From the IMG/VR virus record IMGVR_UViG_3300019887_000001, positions 1-63,248 of that record: 63,248 nucleotides of DNA; one strand, written 5' to 3'. This DNA is from a virus (taxonomy: Duplodnaviria > Caudoviricetes). Position numbers and translations under genes: made by a program. Below the pieces are notes generated by a model. The model saw nothing but the letters and a program-made list of their open reading frames with translations, was not told the DNA's origin and did no database searches. Below, piece by piece: positions 35,037 to 44,320 of this stretch (positions within the stretch are counted from its first letter, which is position 1; each line of letters starts with the position of its first letter).

Positions 35037-35357
35037 CCCACCCCACTCGCACCCGTCCGCATTGCCAGGGGTCGGACCGGAGAACGCATCGAACGTGCAG
35101 CTATCTGGCGGCAAGACGGACTCGCTGTCACTCGCGGACTGGCCCCCGATACGGGCTACACCATCACCCACGTTGAGAGCGGCTACGCGCTGGTCATCAA
35201 CATCCCGACCCAGGCTCGCGCTCGTAAAGCCGCAGAGCGCTTCCTGTCACTCGGGAATTGGAACGTATCGCGTACCACCCTCCTCAAAAATAGCGCCATG
35301 AAAGTCGCCTCGCGTGAACTCAAAGCTGAGCTGCGGGCCGAAGGGATTTTGTCATGA
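35033..35357 (+). pseudogene. Gene whose ATG (35033) is out of frame with its coding body (35037-35357)
   Basis: Body GLAVTRG...YTITHVESGY ends in ATGA overlap with next gene; removing one C after the ATG restores the frame. Confidence 0.55.
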
Positions 35358-35539
35358 CTGTCGATATCAGCGTTGCCCACCTCGGCGACCGCTCCGTCTT
35401 CATGCCGTTGACAGAGCACGGCGCGCGCTGGCTGAACACTCACATCCAGGGGTACATGTTCAGCGGGCGCGCGGTCGTTTCCTACGCCTCCGCCGACCTG
35501 ACCCAACGCCTCCGCGACGCAGGACTGGTGGTCGCGTGA
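35354..35539 (+). CDS. Hypothetical protein
   Basis: PLTEHGARWL..HI motif; coupled. Confidence 0.65.
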   Translation: MTVDISVAHLGDRSVFMPLTEHGARWLNTHIQGYMFSGRAVVSYASADLTQRLRDAGLVVA

Positions 35540-35736
35540 GCATACCGATGACCTTCGCTGAGTGGATGACCGCCATCGCCCAGACGTACTGGGACATCAA
35601 CTACCCCGAGTTTTGTCGTCGTGCGGGGTTCTCGGAAGATGACTATTCGGACGACAAGTGGCACACGTGGCTCGCACTCGCCAAGTGCCTCAAAGCGTTC
35701 GATGCGGGCACGCTCGAAAGGATCGTGCAGCCGTGA
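35536..35736 (+). CDS. Hypothetical protein
   Basis: GTGA-coupled; INYPEFCRRAGF. Confidence 0.55.
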   Translation: MSIPMTFAEWMTAIAQTYWDINYPEFCRRAGFSEDDYSDDKWHTWLALAKCLKAFDAGTLERIVQP

Positions 35737-35915
35737 CTGACTTCAAGGCTTGCCCTGGCACACGCCAGCCTACTGTCAAACGCTACAAGATCAAGCCAAC
35801 ATATCGAACCGGCGACTACGCCGATCGCTACGGCCGCGGTCACTGCTCCGTCTGCGGTAAAGACGTCACCTGCCATAAAGACAAGTCTGCGGTACGCCAC
35901 AAGGCCACCCAATGA
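35733..35915 (+). CDS. Small Zn-binding protein
   Basis: CPGT...GHCSVCGK...RH. Confidence 0.55.
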   Translation: MTDFKACPGTRQPTVKRYKIKPTYRTGDYADRYGRGHCSVCGKDVTCHKDKSAVRHKATQ

Positions 35916-36277
35916 CCACCCAGCCCCACAGCACCATCATCGCCGCGCTCGCGGCCTGCCGTAAAGCCTTCCAAACGAAACTCGACACCGGCGCCTGCAT
36001 GCATGACCGCAGTGATTGGAAAGCGCTCCACACCGCGACCGTCATCGCCCTCGCCGCAGCCAAGGAACAGCGCGCTGAGGTACTTCGACTCAAGAGATTG
36101 GTGCATCAGGCATTCGACGCTATCGACAACCACCCGTCCCAGCCGAAACGGTTCGTGAAATATCCCTGCGCTGACTGTGGCGAACCGGTCTCTAACGCGG
36201 GCTTCGCCCGCCGATCGCACGAGCGCGGCACCATTCACCGTGCTGCTCTCGACGCTAAAGCGCGGTCGACAAGCTGA
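35912..36277 (+). CDS. Hypothetical protein with C2H2-like tail
   Basis: YPCADCG......F....H....H. Confidence 0.55.
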   Translation: MTTQPHSTIIAALAACRKAFQTKLDTGACMHDRSDWKALHTATVIALAAAKEQRAEVLRLKRLVHQAFDAIDNHPSQPKRFVKYPCADCGEPVSNAGFARRSHERGTIHRAALDAKARSTS

Positions 36278-36462
36278 TGGCCCGCGGCGTCAAACGCGAC
36301 TCGCCACGCGACCTCCAGATCCGCATCGGCGCCGCGCTCGACAACATCGAAGACCTCAGAGCCCAGGTTGTCACTCGCGAACGCGCCATCGAAGCCGAAC
36401 GCCGCCTGATCACCGAACTCGAGCGCCGGCTTGCCGAAATGGAAACTGCCGCAGACACCTAA
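36277..36462 (+). CDS. Small coiled-coil protein
   Basis: TGATG-coupled; heptads. Confidence 0.55.
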   Translation: MARGVKRDSPRDLQIRIGAALDNIEDLRAQVVTRERAIEAERRLITELERRLAEMETAADT

Positions 36463-36491
36463 CGCGCCTGCGGCAGTCCGGTCACCTCAGA

Positions 36492-36947
36492 TCAAAAAGG
36501 GAGATCATCGAGGTTCACTGGTGCCAGCGCGTCGGCCGGCTCCGTCGTGCGTCGAGCCCGCTCGTTCGCTGCATGGACCGGCTCGCCGCGACTCGCGTAC
36601 TCTGCCGACCCGCTCGTTGGCGCGTCTCGAGGAGATAAATTGGTCACCTCGTCGCACCACACGTTCAGCCCAGCCCGCGGCTCGTTCTCACGCGACATGT
36701 ACGCGTCGATCGACAGGTTCCCAATCACGTGGACCCTCGACCCCTTCCCCAGCTTCCGCGCGTACTCGAGCTGCCGACCCATGACCGTCACCCGATACCA
36801 ATCCGTGTGGTCGGTGCACTCGTCCGACTGTGGCACCTTCCGCCGCTCGTTGACCGCGACATTGAACTGTAACCGCTCTTTGCCATCCTGCGTAAATCGC
36901 GACTCAGGATCGCTGCCGAGATTGCCAATCAACATGATCTTCTGCAT
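36492..36947 (-). CDS. ssb: Single-stranded DNA-binding protein
   Basis: IMLIGNLGSDPESRFT, TDWYRV, LGKGSRV.V.G, C-terminal DDLPF. Confidence 0.95.
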   Translation of the reverse strand: MQKIMLIGNLGSDPESRFTQDGKERLQFNVAVNERRKVPQSDECTDHTDWYRVTVMGRQLEYARKLGKGSRVHVIGNLSIDAYMSRENEPRAGLNVWCDEVTNLSPRDAPTSGSAEYASRGEPVHAANERARRTTEPADALAPVNLDDLPF

Positions 36948-37200
36948 GACTTGAATTCCCTCGCCCGCCAGATGCACGGGCCCGTTTTGTTCGTCCTCAA
37001 TCGATGAACCGACGCGATCCTCTCCTCCCCTCGACAGAGCCTGCCGACCGAAGTGATACAAGTCACGGACCCTGGAAGCGGGTCGCTGTCAAGGCCGAAG
37101 AGCGGAGACGGGAAGGGGCCCCGCGCTCTTCGGAACGTGGGGTAGGTTCCCGCCGGAGCGTGCCTTGACTGGACCCGCTGGAAGGCGTCACCCTACACGA

Positions 37201-37398
37201 TCACTTCTGGTCGTCAGGCGCCCACACGCGCCACACTGGCGTACGCACGAACTCCTCCTCGTACCCAACCGGATTCCAGTTGACTGCCTCCGAGTCGGTC
37301 ACCCCGTACTCAACCAGCAGCACCCCGGCGTTCTCGTCCAGGTCGACCTCGAGCACCGTCATGTCGTCGCTCTTCACGGCGTCAGCCACATCCCCCAT
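37201..37398 (-). CDS. Acidic hypothetical protein
   Basis: 65 aa at end of the T4SS-like operon. Confidence 0.45.
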   Translation of the reverse strand: MGDVADAVKSDDMTVLEVDLDENAGVLLVEYGVTDSEAVNWNPVGYEEEFVRTPVWRVWAPDDQK

Positions 37399-37522
37399 GC
37401 AGCGCTAGCACCGGCAAGAGCAAAACAATGGCGATCACACCTAAAACGATCATGATCACGCTCAACACCGTCGCCTGCACTATCGTGTTCCGCTGTTCTC
37501 GCTTGAATTCCTCGTCATTCAT
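37382..37522 (-). CDS. Small single-TM protein (46 aa)
   Basis: MNDEEFKREQRNTIVQATVLSVIMIVLGVIAIVLLLPVL; ATGA-coupled to the VirD4-like gene. Confidence 0.55.
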   Translation of the reverse strand: MNDEEFKREQRNTIVQATVLSVIMIVLGVIAIVLLLPVLALHGGCG

Positions 37523-39180
37523 GGCGCCACGTCCGCGTACTGCGCATGCCCCGTCGGCAGCTCGCCCCGCTCCCGAGCATGTCGACGCCTCAAGTTCTCA
37601 GCCCGCGTACACGCCTCAAGATGATCAACGCACGCCTTGATGTCGCACACGTGGTCGACCGTCCACCCCTTCTGCATCACCCCGTGCTCCCACTCGCAGA
37701 TCAGTCGATGCGCCTGCTCGTACTTGCGCCTCGTCGGCACCCACACCCGCGGATACCCGTCAACGTCGAAATTCCCGACCCACGTCCGCCAGCCATCCTT
37801 CACCTTTACGTGCCGATACACCATGCCTCGAAGATCTTCCTCTGGTTCCGTCCCTCCGTTACCTTCCGCAGTCGGTTCCATCTCGACGGCGGGTTCCTCC
37901 GCAGGTCCCTCCGCGAGCACCTTGACGTTGACCTCGAGCACGTACGGCAGCGCGATCCGCGCCATGCCCCACCTCCCATCCATGCGGTCAACCGGCCGCA
38001 CGCGATACGCGCACTCGCCCGTCCCGAGCCACATCAGGTCGTCGCGCATGACCGTCGGCGTACCGCTGGCGAACTTTCCGAGGGTGACGTTATTAATTCG
38101 ATGATCGTTTTCAGAACGCGGGACCTTGAGCGGAAACAACCGACTCAACGCGTCCGCGTCGTCGGGATCCCCCTGCGCCAGGATGACCTGCCAGGCCGTC
38201 TCCTGAAGCACCTGATTGCCGAGACCGTGCACCGCAGCTTCGAGCTGGCTCAGCCCGTGCGCAGCAACGACCACCCCGACCCCCGCGTCTCTCGCCCGGG
38301 CGAGCAGCGGCTCGAGGTGACGCGCGTGCTTGCCGAGCGCGCCAACCTCGTCGACGACGAGTAAGCAGGACGTCCCGACCGGCACCGCGGTACAGGCCCG
38401 CTGCAGCGCAACGAGCGCCCACGCGCCGATGATGCGCGCCAGCGACGGGTAGCGCCGACTGTCCAGGCTGACGAGCAGCGTCGTCTTGCCCTGCACGACA
38501 TCCTCGAATCGAGCCGCGTCGATGCCCGCACCCAGACTAGGGCCGGCGGCAGAGTCGAGCAGTCTCGTCACCCGCATGAGCGCCGTCGCCATGCCGGACA
38601 ACTCCGTTACAGACGCGGCCGCGAGCTCTGCTTGCCAGATCGGCACCCGCGGCCTACGCTGATTCCGCTTCAGCGCGGCGGCCAGCATGGTGGGGTTGAG
38701 CAGTGCTTCGACTGCTTCTAGCGTTGGAGGGGTCGCCTCCCAACGCAAGAGGTGACCGATCCACTGACACGCTCGGGCGGCCGCCTCGCTGAAGACTTCC
38801 GCCGGGCCCTCGTGGCGCGCGGCTTCGGTGAGCTGCTCGGCCAGTACCGTCGGGTCAGGGTCCAGCAGGTCGAGCTTGAGCCGCCCGCCGATCGTCCACA
38901 CCAGGCCGCCCGCGGCGGCGATCGCCTCCTGCATCGCCCGCGAGCCCTTCGCGTCGATGACGATGCACGGGCCGATGCTCGCGTGTCCCTGGACGAGGAG
39001 GCTGAGTAACGTGGTTTTGCCCGAGCCCGGTGCGCCGAATACCGCGCCATGGTGGCCCAGCTCGCGGCGAGAAAGACTGACCGTCTCGAGCGCTGACCGA
39101 TAACCGATCCCGACACGCCCATGCCGATGCCCGATGCCATGCCGCGCGCGTGCCGCCGCGATCCAGCCGGGTCGCCTCAC
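37519..39180 (-). CDS. VirD4/TraD-like coupling ATPase fused to C-terminal HNH nuclease
   Basis: HGAVFGAPGSGKT, IVIDAKG, LVVDEVG, ARARDAGVGVVVAAH; C-terminal DGYPR..AHRL...VDHVC...AC..HLEA.T..EN. Confidence 0.85.
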   Translation of the reverse strand: MRRPGWIAAARARHGIGHRHGRVGIGYRSALETVSLSRRELGHHGAVFGAPGSGKTTLLSLLVQGHASIGPCIVIDAKGSRAMQEAIAAAGGLVWTIGGRLKLDLLDPDPTVLAEQLTEAARHEGPAEVFSEAAARACQWIGHLLRWEATPPTLEAVEALLNPTMLAAALKRNQRRPRVPIWQAELAAASVTELSGMATALMRVTRLLDSAAGPSLGAGIDAARFEDVVQGKTTLLVSLDSRRYPSLARIIGAWALVALQRACTAVPVGTSCLLVVDEVGALGKHARHLEPLLARARDAGVGVVVAAHGLSQLEAAVHGLGNQVLQETAWQVILAQGDPDDADALSRLFPLKVPRSENDHRINNVTLGKFASGTPTVMRDDLMWLGTGECAYRVRPVDRMDGRWGMARIALPYVLEVNVKVLAEGPAEEPAVEMEPTAEGNGGTEPEEDLRGMVYRHVKVKDGWRTWVGNFDVDGYPRVWVPTRRKYEQAHRLICEWEHGVMQKGWTVDHVCDIKACVDHLEACTRAENLRRRHARERGELPTGHAQYADVAP

Positions 39181-39183
39181 GGT

Positions 39184-39444
39184 TCAGAGATAGCCATAGC
39201 ACGGTCCATCCGCGAACTTGCGCTCCACCTCGTGCAGCACCTGCTTTGCCAACCCTTTGATATCAATGACCTGATCGATGAGCACGTCCCTCACTGTCTG
39301 CTGACACCAGACCCCATCGCTCAACCGCGTGAACCGGTAACCGGTCCAGTGCCCGTCGTTACTATGCCGTGTCTCAATCTGGAAGCCGGGTGGCCGTAGG
39401 CTGAAAATCACAGCAGTAAGCGGGTTGAACTGTGGATGTGCCAT
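39184..39444 (-). CDS. Hypothetical protein in T4SS-like operon
   Basis: TGATG-coupled, 86 aa. Confidence 0.55.
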   Translation of the reverse strand: MAHPQFNPLTAVIFSLRPPGFQIETRHSNDGHWTGYRFTRLSDGVWCQQTVRDVLIDQVIDIKGLAKQVLHEVERKFADGPCYGYL

Positions 39445-39638
39445 CAGTGCAGCGGAACAATCTGAGTCGAGTAGATCGTTGCGGTTTTGCCTGGTGCCTG
39501 GTCGATGACGTCGATCTCAATGCTCGACGGCCTGCTCTCCCGCGGCCACAGCACGAGCAGGACCACGATCACGAGCGCCAGAATGGTCGCTATCAGCATC
39601 CACTGCTCGCGCGTCCAGGTCGCAACGTTCAGGTTCAT
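39444..39638 (-). CDS. Small single-TM protein
   Basis: WMLIATILALVIVVLLVLWPR; coupled both sides. Confidence 0.6.
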   Translation of the reverse strand: MNLNVATWTREQWMLIATILALVIVVLLVLWPRESRPSSIEIDVIDQAPGKTATIYSTQIVPLH

Positions 39639-39778
39639 AGGCCGATGTAGAACATCGTGCGCGTATCGCGCGACCGGTCCCGCGGAATCTTCAGCTTCGT
39701 CCTCGGCACCCTCGCAGCCCGATACATCAGCCAGTACAGGCCGACGCACACGATCCCCAGTACGACAAGCCCTATCAC
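39635..39778 (-). CDS. Small single-TM protein
   Basis: GLVVLGIVCVGLYWLMYR; GTGA-coupled to VirB4-like gene with GGAGG RBS. Confidence 0.6.
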   Translation of the reverse strand: MIGLVVLGIVCVGLYWLMYRAARVPRTKLKIPRDRSRDTRTMFYIGL

Positions 39779-41895
39779 GACACGCCCTCCTTCCTGATCG
39801 GAATCGGCTCGGCCTCGACCACCGGGTCTGAGTGGAAGGCGGCATGCTCCCGAGCGCTGAGCCGATCGAAAAGATCGAGCCAGACCCGTCGCAGTCCGCT
39901 GACGAGTAGTCCTGTCCCGATTCCCGCGCGACGCACCATCCCTTTCTCGTCGGCGCTCAACTCGAGCGCGTCCGCCACCTCGGCCAACTCCCGCGGTTGC
40001 TGCGCTCCGCACCACCACGCGTCGCAGTTGCCCTGCACCGCGCGGCCGACAGCCGTGCCGAACCATGACGACGGTCGCTGGGTCAGCACGTGAAAACTCT
40101 GTCCCCAGTGCCGCGACCGCTGCACTGCCTGACGCATCGCTCGTTCACCCGCGGGATCCTCAGACACCGTGATCGCCTCGTCGACAAACACGATCGACCT
40201 GCCCGGATGCGCCAGCATGTGCTGTTTGATCACATTCGTCCACGCCGCGAAGATCGCCCCGACGTGAGCCTCGTCGACCTCGCTCAGGTCAAGGATGACT
40301 ACTCCGTCGTCGCGATGCAGCACGATCTCGCGTGCGTCCCGCGCGTCTCGCGGCGTGAGCTTCCGCCCGCCGAGGTACTCGAGGAAGCGTCCGCAGTGCT
40401 CATGTTGCTCGTCCTGGTCGATGCCGAAAATACGGATGCCTTTGACGAGGTGCAACCGTGACGTCAGGATGTGGAACCCCATACCCTTGCCCGCGTTCGT
40501 CGCGCCGTACCAGCTCATGTGGGGTCCCTTCGACGTCGACACGTACGGCGTGAAGATGCACGGCCGATTGCCCGCGTTGCCCCACGGCACGCCGTTCGGT
40601 AGCTGTAGATAGCCATCCGACCACGGGTACGTCCGCGACACGGTCCGTGTGTCGACGAGGTGCGTCCGCCCCGTCATCGGCTTCGTTCGTACCGGGTCGA
40701 GCTGCAACAACCCATCTCCCTGCTCCCAGCGCAGGTTGTGGAGCTTGCCGCCGAGGGTCTTCACGTAGTCCTCGGTCTTGCGCGACCGTTTCCGCACATC
40801 CTGCCGCGACGACCCGCGAACGAGCACCGTCACCGCGACGTTGAACGGCTTCGTGTAGCGGTGCTCGAGCGCGTAGCGCAGGTCGGTCAGTTGCTCGAGC
40901 GCGACCATCCGCGCGGCAGACGGATTCGACGTCTCGAGTTGCCTGATCTTGACGTCGACGACCCACGCTTTCACGTACGTCTCGTTCTGTGGCACCACGT
41001 CGATCGCGATATCGAGCGCCTCATCACCGGCGAACAGCGGAGACGCCCAGTTGGTCAGAATCGCCGCCGGAAACTGACCGAGCGCGTACGCCCGTGTCCA
41101 CCATCCGTCGGCCTGCACCTCGGTCGTGCCCTCTTCCATGACTTCCGGTCCGTCGCGTGCCTCGGTCGCCTGCGGGTTCCACGTGAGCGTTCGCAGCAGC
41201 GGCACGTCCTCAGCCGGTACTCGCGACGCCTCGAGGTGCGCCTGCCGCAGCGCCTTCTCGAGCGCGGTCGTCCGAAACGCCAATTCCGACTCGTTCTGTG
41301 CCGGTACGACAAGCAACCTGTCGCGATCGATCAGACTGTGTTGCGCCAGCTCGCTCTCGAACCACGCGCCGAGATCGCGGGCCACCTCGAGTGGATGATT
41401 CCGCAACGCCTCGACGACCGGCAGCGTCGTCAGCGGGCGCCCGCGGATGACAATCTTGATCGGGTGCGTCAGCCCGTTGAGGATGGCGCCCCACTGAGCG
41501 CGCGCCTGGTGCCGCGCCTCGTCGCTAGCCGTCTCCAGGTTGATGGTTGGCATGCGATAGATCGCGACTGGCGTCGCCGGGCTCGTCGGCAGTTGCGCGC
41601 GATAGGTGCGCTTGACGAACCTCAGCGCGGCGAAGGTGCCATGCTCGGCCGGCGGCTTGAGCCACCAGGCCGTGTACGGCGAGATGAGTAGCGGCGGCAA
41701 TAGCGCGGCGCCGATCGTCGGCGGCAGCAATCCGTTCGTCGCCTGCCAGGCCGTGTACCCGAGGGGTATCCCGAGGAACACGCCCGCGTAGAGCGTCGGC
41801 ATGAGAAATCGGGCCGGAAATGGCCCGATGCTCTGCTGCGTCTCGAGATGCGAGGGTACTAAATAATGCTGCTCGCCAGACGATTCTTCAGCCAT
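39775..41895 (-). CDS. PrgI/VirB3-like membrane domain fused to VirB4-like ATPase
   Basis: YLVP.HLE...SIGPF plus 2 TM; NL...S.....Q....W..ILNGL.HPI.I; GATNAGKG; IDQDE; VFVDEA; RSRHWG.....LTQRP. Confidence 0.85.
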   Translation of the reverse strand: MAEESSGEQHYLVPSHLETQQSIGPFPARFLMPTLYAGVFLGIPLGYTAWQATNGLLPPTIGAALLPPLLISPYTAWWLKPPAEHGTFAALRFVKRTYRAQLPTSPATPVAIYRMPTINLETASDEARHQARAQWGAILNGLTHPIKIVIRGRPLTTLPVVEALRNHPLEVARDLGAWFESELAQHSLIDRDRLLVVPAQNESELAFRTTALEKALRQAHLEASRVPAEDVPLLRTLTWNPQATEARDGPEVMEEGTTEVQADGWWTRAYALGQFPAAILTNWASPLFAGDEALDIAIDVVPQNETYVKAWVVDVKIRQLETSNPSAARMVALEQLTDLRYALEHRYTKPFNVAVTVLVRGSSRQDVRKRSRKTEDYVKTLGGKLHNLRWEQGDGLLQLDPVRTKPMTGRTHLVDTRTVSRTYPWSDGYLQLPNGVPWGNAGNRPCIFTPYVSTSKGPHMSWYGATNAGKGMGFHILTSRLHLVKGIRIFGIDQDEQHEHCGRFLEYLGGRKLTPRDARDAREIVLHRDDGVVILDLSEVDEAHVGAIFAAWTNVIKQHMLAHPGRSIVFVDEAITVSEDPAGERAMRQAVQRSRHWGQSFHVLTQRPSSWFGTAVGRAVQGNCDAWWCGAQQPRELAEVADALELSADEKGMVRRAGIGTGLLVSGLRRVWLDLFDRLSAREHAAFHSDPVVEAEPIPIRKEGVS

Positions 41896-41901
41896 GACCG
41901 A

Positions 41902-42144
41902 TCAGGGCAGTCCGAAGACGCCTTTCAGCCACAACCCGAGCGCGCCACCACCCCCGACAAGGAAACTCCCGCCGAGCGACGCCATCAACAGTTTTTTGAT
42001 GAACCCGCCAATATGCATGTCGAAGATGGAAAAATAGAAGGCAAGACCGCCGAAGATGATCGTCATCGTCAGCAGTCCCGCGCCGAGCAGCGCGGCGCCC
42101 GTGGCAATGGCCGTAAACGCGGTAACGAGTGGTGTAACTGGCAT
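41902..42144 (-). CDS. VirB2/TrbC-like pilin-type membrane protein
   Basis: 80 aa, two hydrophobic helices separated by a basic IKKLL loop; between VirB6-like and VirB4-like genes; GGAGG RBS. Confidence 0.6.
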   Translation of the reverse strand: MPVTPLVTAFTAIATGAALLGAGLLTMTIIFGGLAFYFSIFDMHIGGFIKKLLMASLGGSFLVGGGGALGLWLKGVFGLP

Positions 42145-42159
42145 CGAACGTCCTCCAGT

Positions 42160-43197
42160 TCAGTCGTAGTTGTTGAATCGATGCGTTGCGTTGGCGGCCT
42201 GCATCGCGGAGTAGGACCGCATGGCCGCGGCTTGAGATCCTGCCGATATCGCTGCTCCTCCCACACCTCCGAATACGACCGCACCGGATCTGACCCCGGC
42301 CCCGAGCACGCCGCCAAGCGACGCGCCCGGCGTGCGCGCCAGCCAGTCGACGAGGTCGGCCGCCGCGATGAATGCCGCCCCGGCACCTAAAAACGCAAGG
42401 ATGCCTGGCGTGAGCACCGCGATGCCCCACCCGATCGCAACCGCGGCCGTCGCTAGCACAACGCCCATCAGCCGCCCGACAAACTCGCGTGTCCACAGCG
42501 ATGTGACCCACGCGCCCTCAGGGATGAACCCGGCGATGATCGCGACGGGTGCCCAGGCGATCGCGACAGCGACGTGCACGACGTTCGACAACAGCTTGAG
42601 ACACAGCCTGATGCCGAGCACGAACATCAGCAACAGGCTGAACGCGAAACTGAGCGGGTTGCCCTGGTTGACCTGCGTCGGGATCGTCGCGGTGATGCTC
42701 GCGAACGCCGTCGCGGTGATCGATTGCACCGCGGCCTGCTCGATGTCGATGGCGTGGCCGATCCCCCATGGCAGCAGCGACAGTATCGCGATCGACTTCA
42801 CGATCCGCCCGAGTGCTTCGTCGAGGATGCCACCTCCACCAACGATGCCGCGGTAGTACGTACGCAGCCCGAGCAACACGATAGACAGCACCAGGCCGGC
42901 TGCGGCGATCTGGGTGCCCGCGGCAAAGAGCGCCGCTACGGGCGGGAACTGATCGGTGAGCGCGTGCGGGATGTCGACCAGGGTGACCTTCAGAATGGCC
43001 AGGAACATCTGCAGCAGGGCCGTGTAGAGCGCGTCGGTGAGCGCGCCGAAGATGGTGGCACCGATCATCGGCAGGTTCTGACTGACGCCGGTCCAGATCG
43101 CCGCGCCGATGACGTCGAGCTGGCCGATGAGCGCCTGCCAGAAGCCGTTGAAGTTGATCTGAATCGGTCCCGTCGACTGCGCGAATTGATCAGGCAT
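42160..43197 (-). CDS. VirB6/TrbL-like polytopic membrane protein
   Basis: Six or more TM segments, APVAIIAGFIP....TSLW.REF motif, Gly/Ala-rich tail. Confidence 0.75.
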   Translation of the reverse strand: MPDQFAQSTGPIQINFNGFWQALIGQLDVIGAAIWTGVSQNLPMIGATIFGALTDALYTALLQMFLAILKVTLVDIPHALTDQFPPVAALFAAGTQIAAAGLVLSIVLLGLRTYYRGIVGGGGILDEALGRIVKSIAILSLLPWGIGHAIDIEQAAVQSITATAFASITATIPTQVNQGNPLSFAFSLLLMFVLGIRLCLKLLSNVVHVAVAIAWAPVAIIAGFIPEGAWVTSLWTREFVGRLMGVVLATAAVAIGWGIAVLTPGILAFLGAGAAFIAAADLVDWLARTPGASLGGVLGAGVRSGAVVFGGVGGAAISAGSQAAAMRSYSAMQAANATHRFNNYD

Positions 43198-44053
43198 CCT
43201 CAACCCTCCTGGTGACGGTACGCGGTTTCCAGACCGCGACTCGGCGCCGTGTCATGAGCCAACTCAACGCTGCGACGATGACGATGATCGCGGCGAGCCC
43301 CTCGAAGAAACCGCCCCAGTCCCAGTGACCCTCAATCGGTGGGATCGTCGCGCCGGCGATGACCAGCGGCGTGGGAGTCGCCGTAGAGGTCGCTTGCAGG
43401 GTCCCTGTGGGGGTCGCCGTGCGCGTGCCTGTCGGGGCGACCGTGGGCGTAGACGTCGCTAGGGGCGTGCCTGAGAGCGTTGACGTGGGCAATGGCGTGT
43501 AGGTCGGGTACGGCGTATAAGTTGGTTGTGGGTCGATGGCACTGGCCGGTGCTTCGGGGGCGCTCGGCTGCGGACGTGGCGGCGGGGGCAGTACTGCGAG
43601 CGAAGTGGGAGGCGCAGCAGGAATGGGAGTACGCGTTGGCTCGACGGACGGTTCCTCAGACGCTTCGTCTGCTGTCACGTCTGTCATTGGATCTGGACAC
43701 GGCAGCGGCACGTAGACGTCCGGATCGTCTTCCGACTCGACGAACACGATGTCTCCGTTATCGTCTACTTGCCAGCAGGGGGCGTCGGTCGGCGTCGGGG
43801 TCTCGACCGATACGGGTTCGCTCGTCGGGGACGGGGTGGACGTCGCTACCGCGACCGGTACGAGACTCGCAGTCGCCCTCGTCGTTGGGGTTGTGGTAGG
43901 GCACTCAGGTCGCCTCTGCGCGATGCAGTTCGCCGTCTCAGCCGTCGCGTGGGTCGCAACAGTCGCGGTCCTGTCGGCTCGGATCTGGTCGTCATTCTGA
44001 TCGGCCCCAAAGAGCCGCACGGCCAGGAGAACCGTGATGACTGTTGCAGGCAT
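43190..44053 (-). CDS. Cell-surface protein (signal peptide, Pro/Thr stalk, C-terminal TM anchor)
   Basis: PTYTPYPTYTP and TATPT repeats; TM followed by RRR. Confidence 0.7.
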   Translation of the reverse strand: MPATVITVLLAVRLFGADQNDDQIRADRTATVATHATAETANCIAQRRPECPTTTPTTRATASLVPVAVATSTPSPTSEPVSVETPTPTDAPCWQVDDNGDIVFVESEDDPDVYVPLPCPDPMTDVTADEASEEPSVEPTRTPIPAAPPTSLAVLPPPPRPQPSAPEAPASAIDPQPTYTPYPTYTPLPTSTLSGTPLATSTPTVAPTGTRTATPTGTLQATSTATPTPLVIAGATIPPIEGHWDWGGFFEGLAAIIVIVAALSWLMTRRRVAVWKPRTVTRRVEDA

Positions 44054-44098
44054 ATTGCGGTATGCTAACGCAACCGTGCCGGGGTGTTACAAGTGACA
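44054..44098. promoter_or_regulatory. Divergent control region with two inverted repeats (candidate operators)
   Basis: TTGCG-N9-CGCAA and TGTTAC-AA-GTGACA; TAGCAT-8 nt-ATG on minus strand, TATGCT on plus. Confidence 0.45.
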
Positions 44099-44320
44099 AA
44101 CGAAACTGTTGCGGTTCCGGGCCTTGCCTGGCGGCGACAGCATCTCTTCTTTTCGCAGACAGAGCTCGCGCGCGTGTCCGGGATCACCCGTCAGACCATC
44201 GCGCGCCTCGAGGGTGGCGACCGCGCCGCGCCGCGAACCGTCCGCAAGCTCGCTGAGGCGCTAAATTGCGAGCCTCAGGAGTTGACGTTGCAGCTATCCG
44301 CTAGCGGTAGGACTGAATAG
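44084..44320 (+). CDS. XRE-family HTH regulator, divergent from the T4SS-like operon
   Basis: SQTELARVSGITRQTIARLEGG...TVRKLAEAL. Confidence 0.88.
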   Translation: MLQVTNETVAVPGLAWRRQHLFFSQTELARVSGITRQTIARLEGGDRAAPRTVRKLAEALNCEPQELTLQLSASGRTE

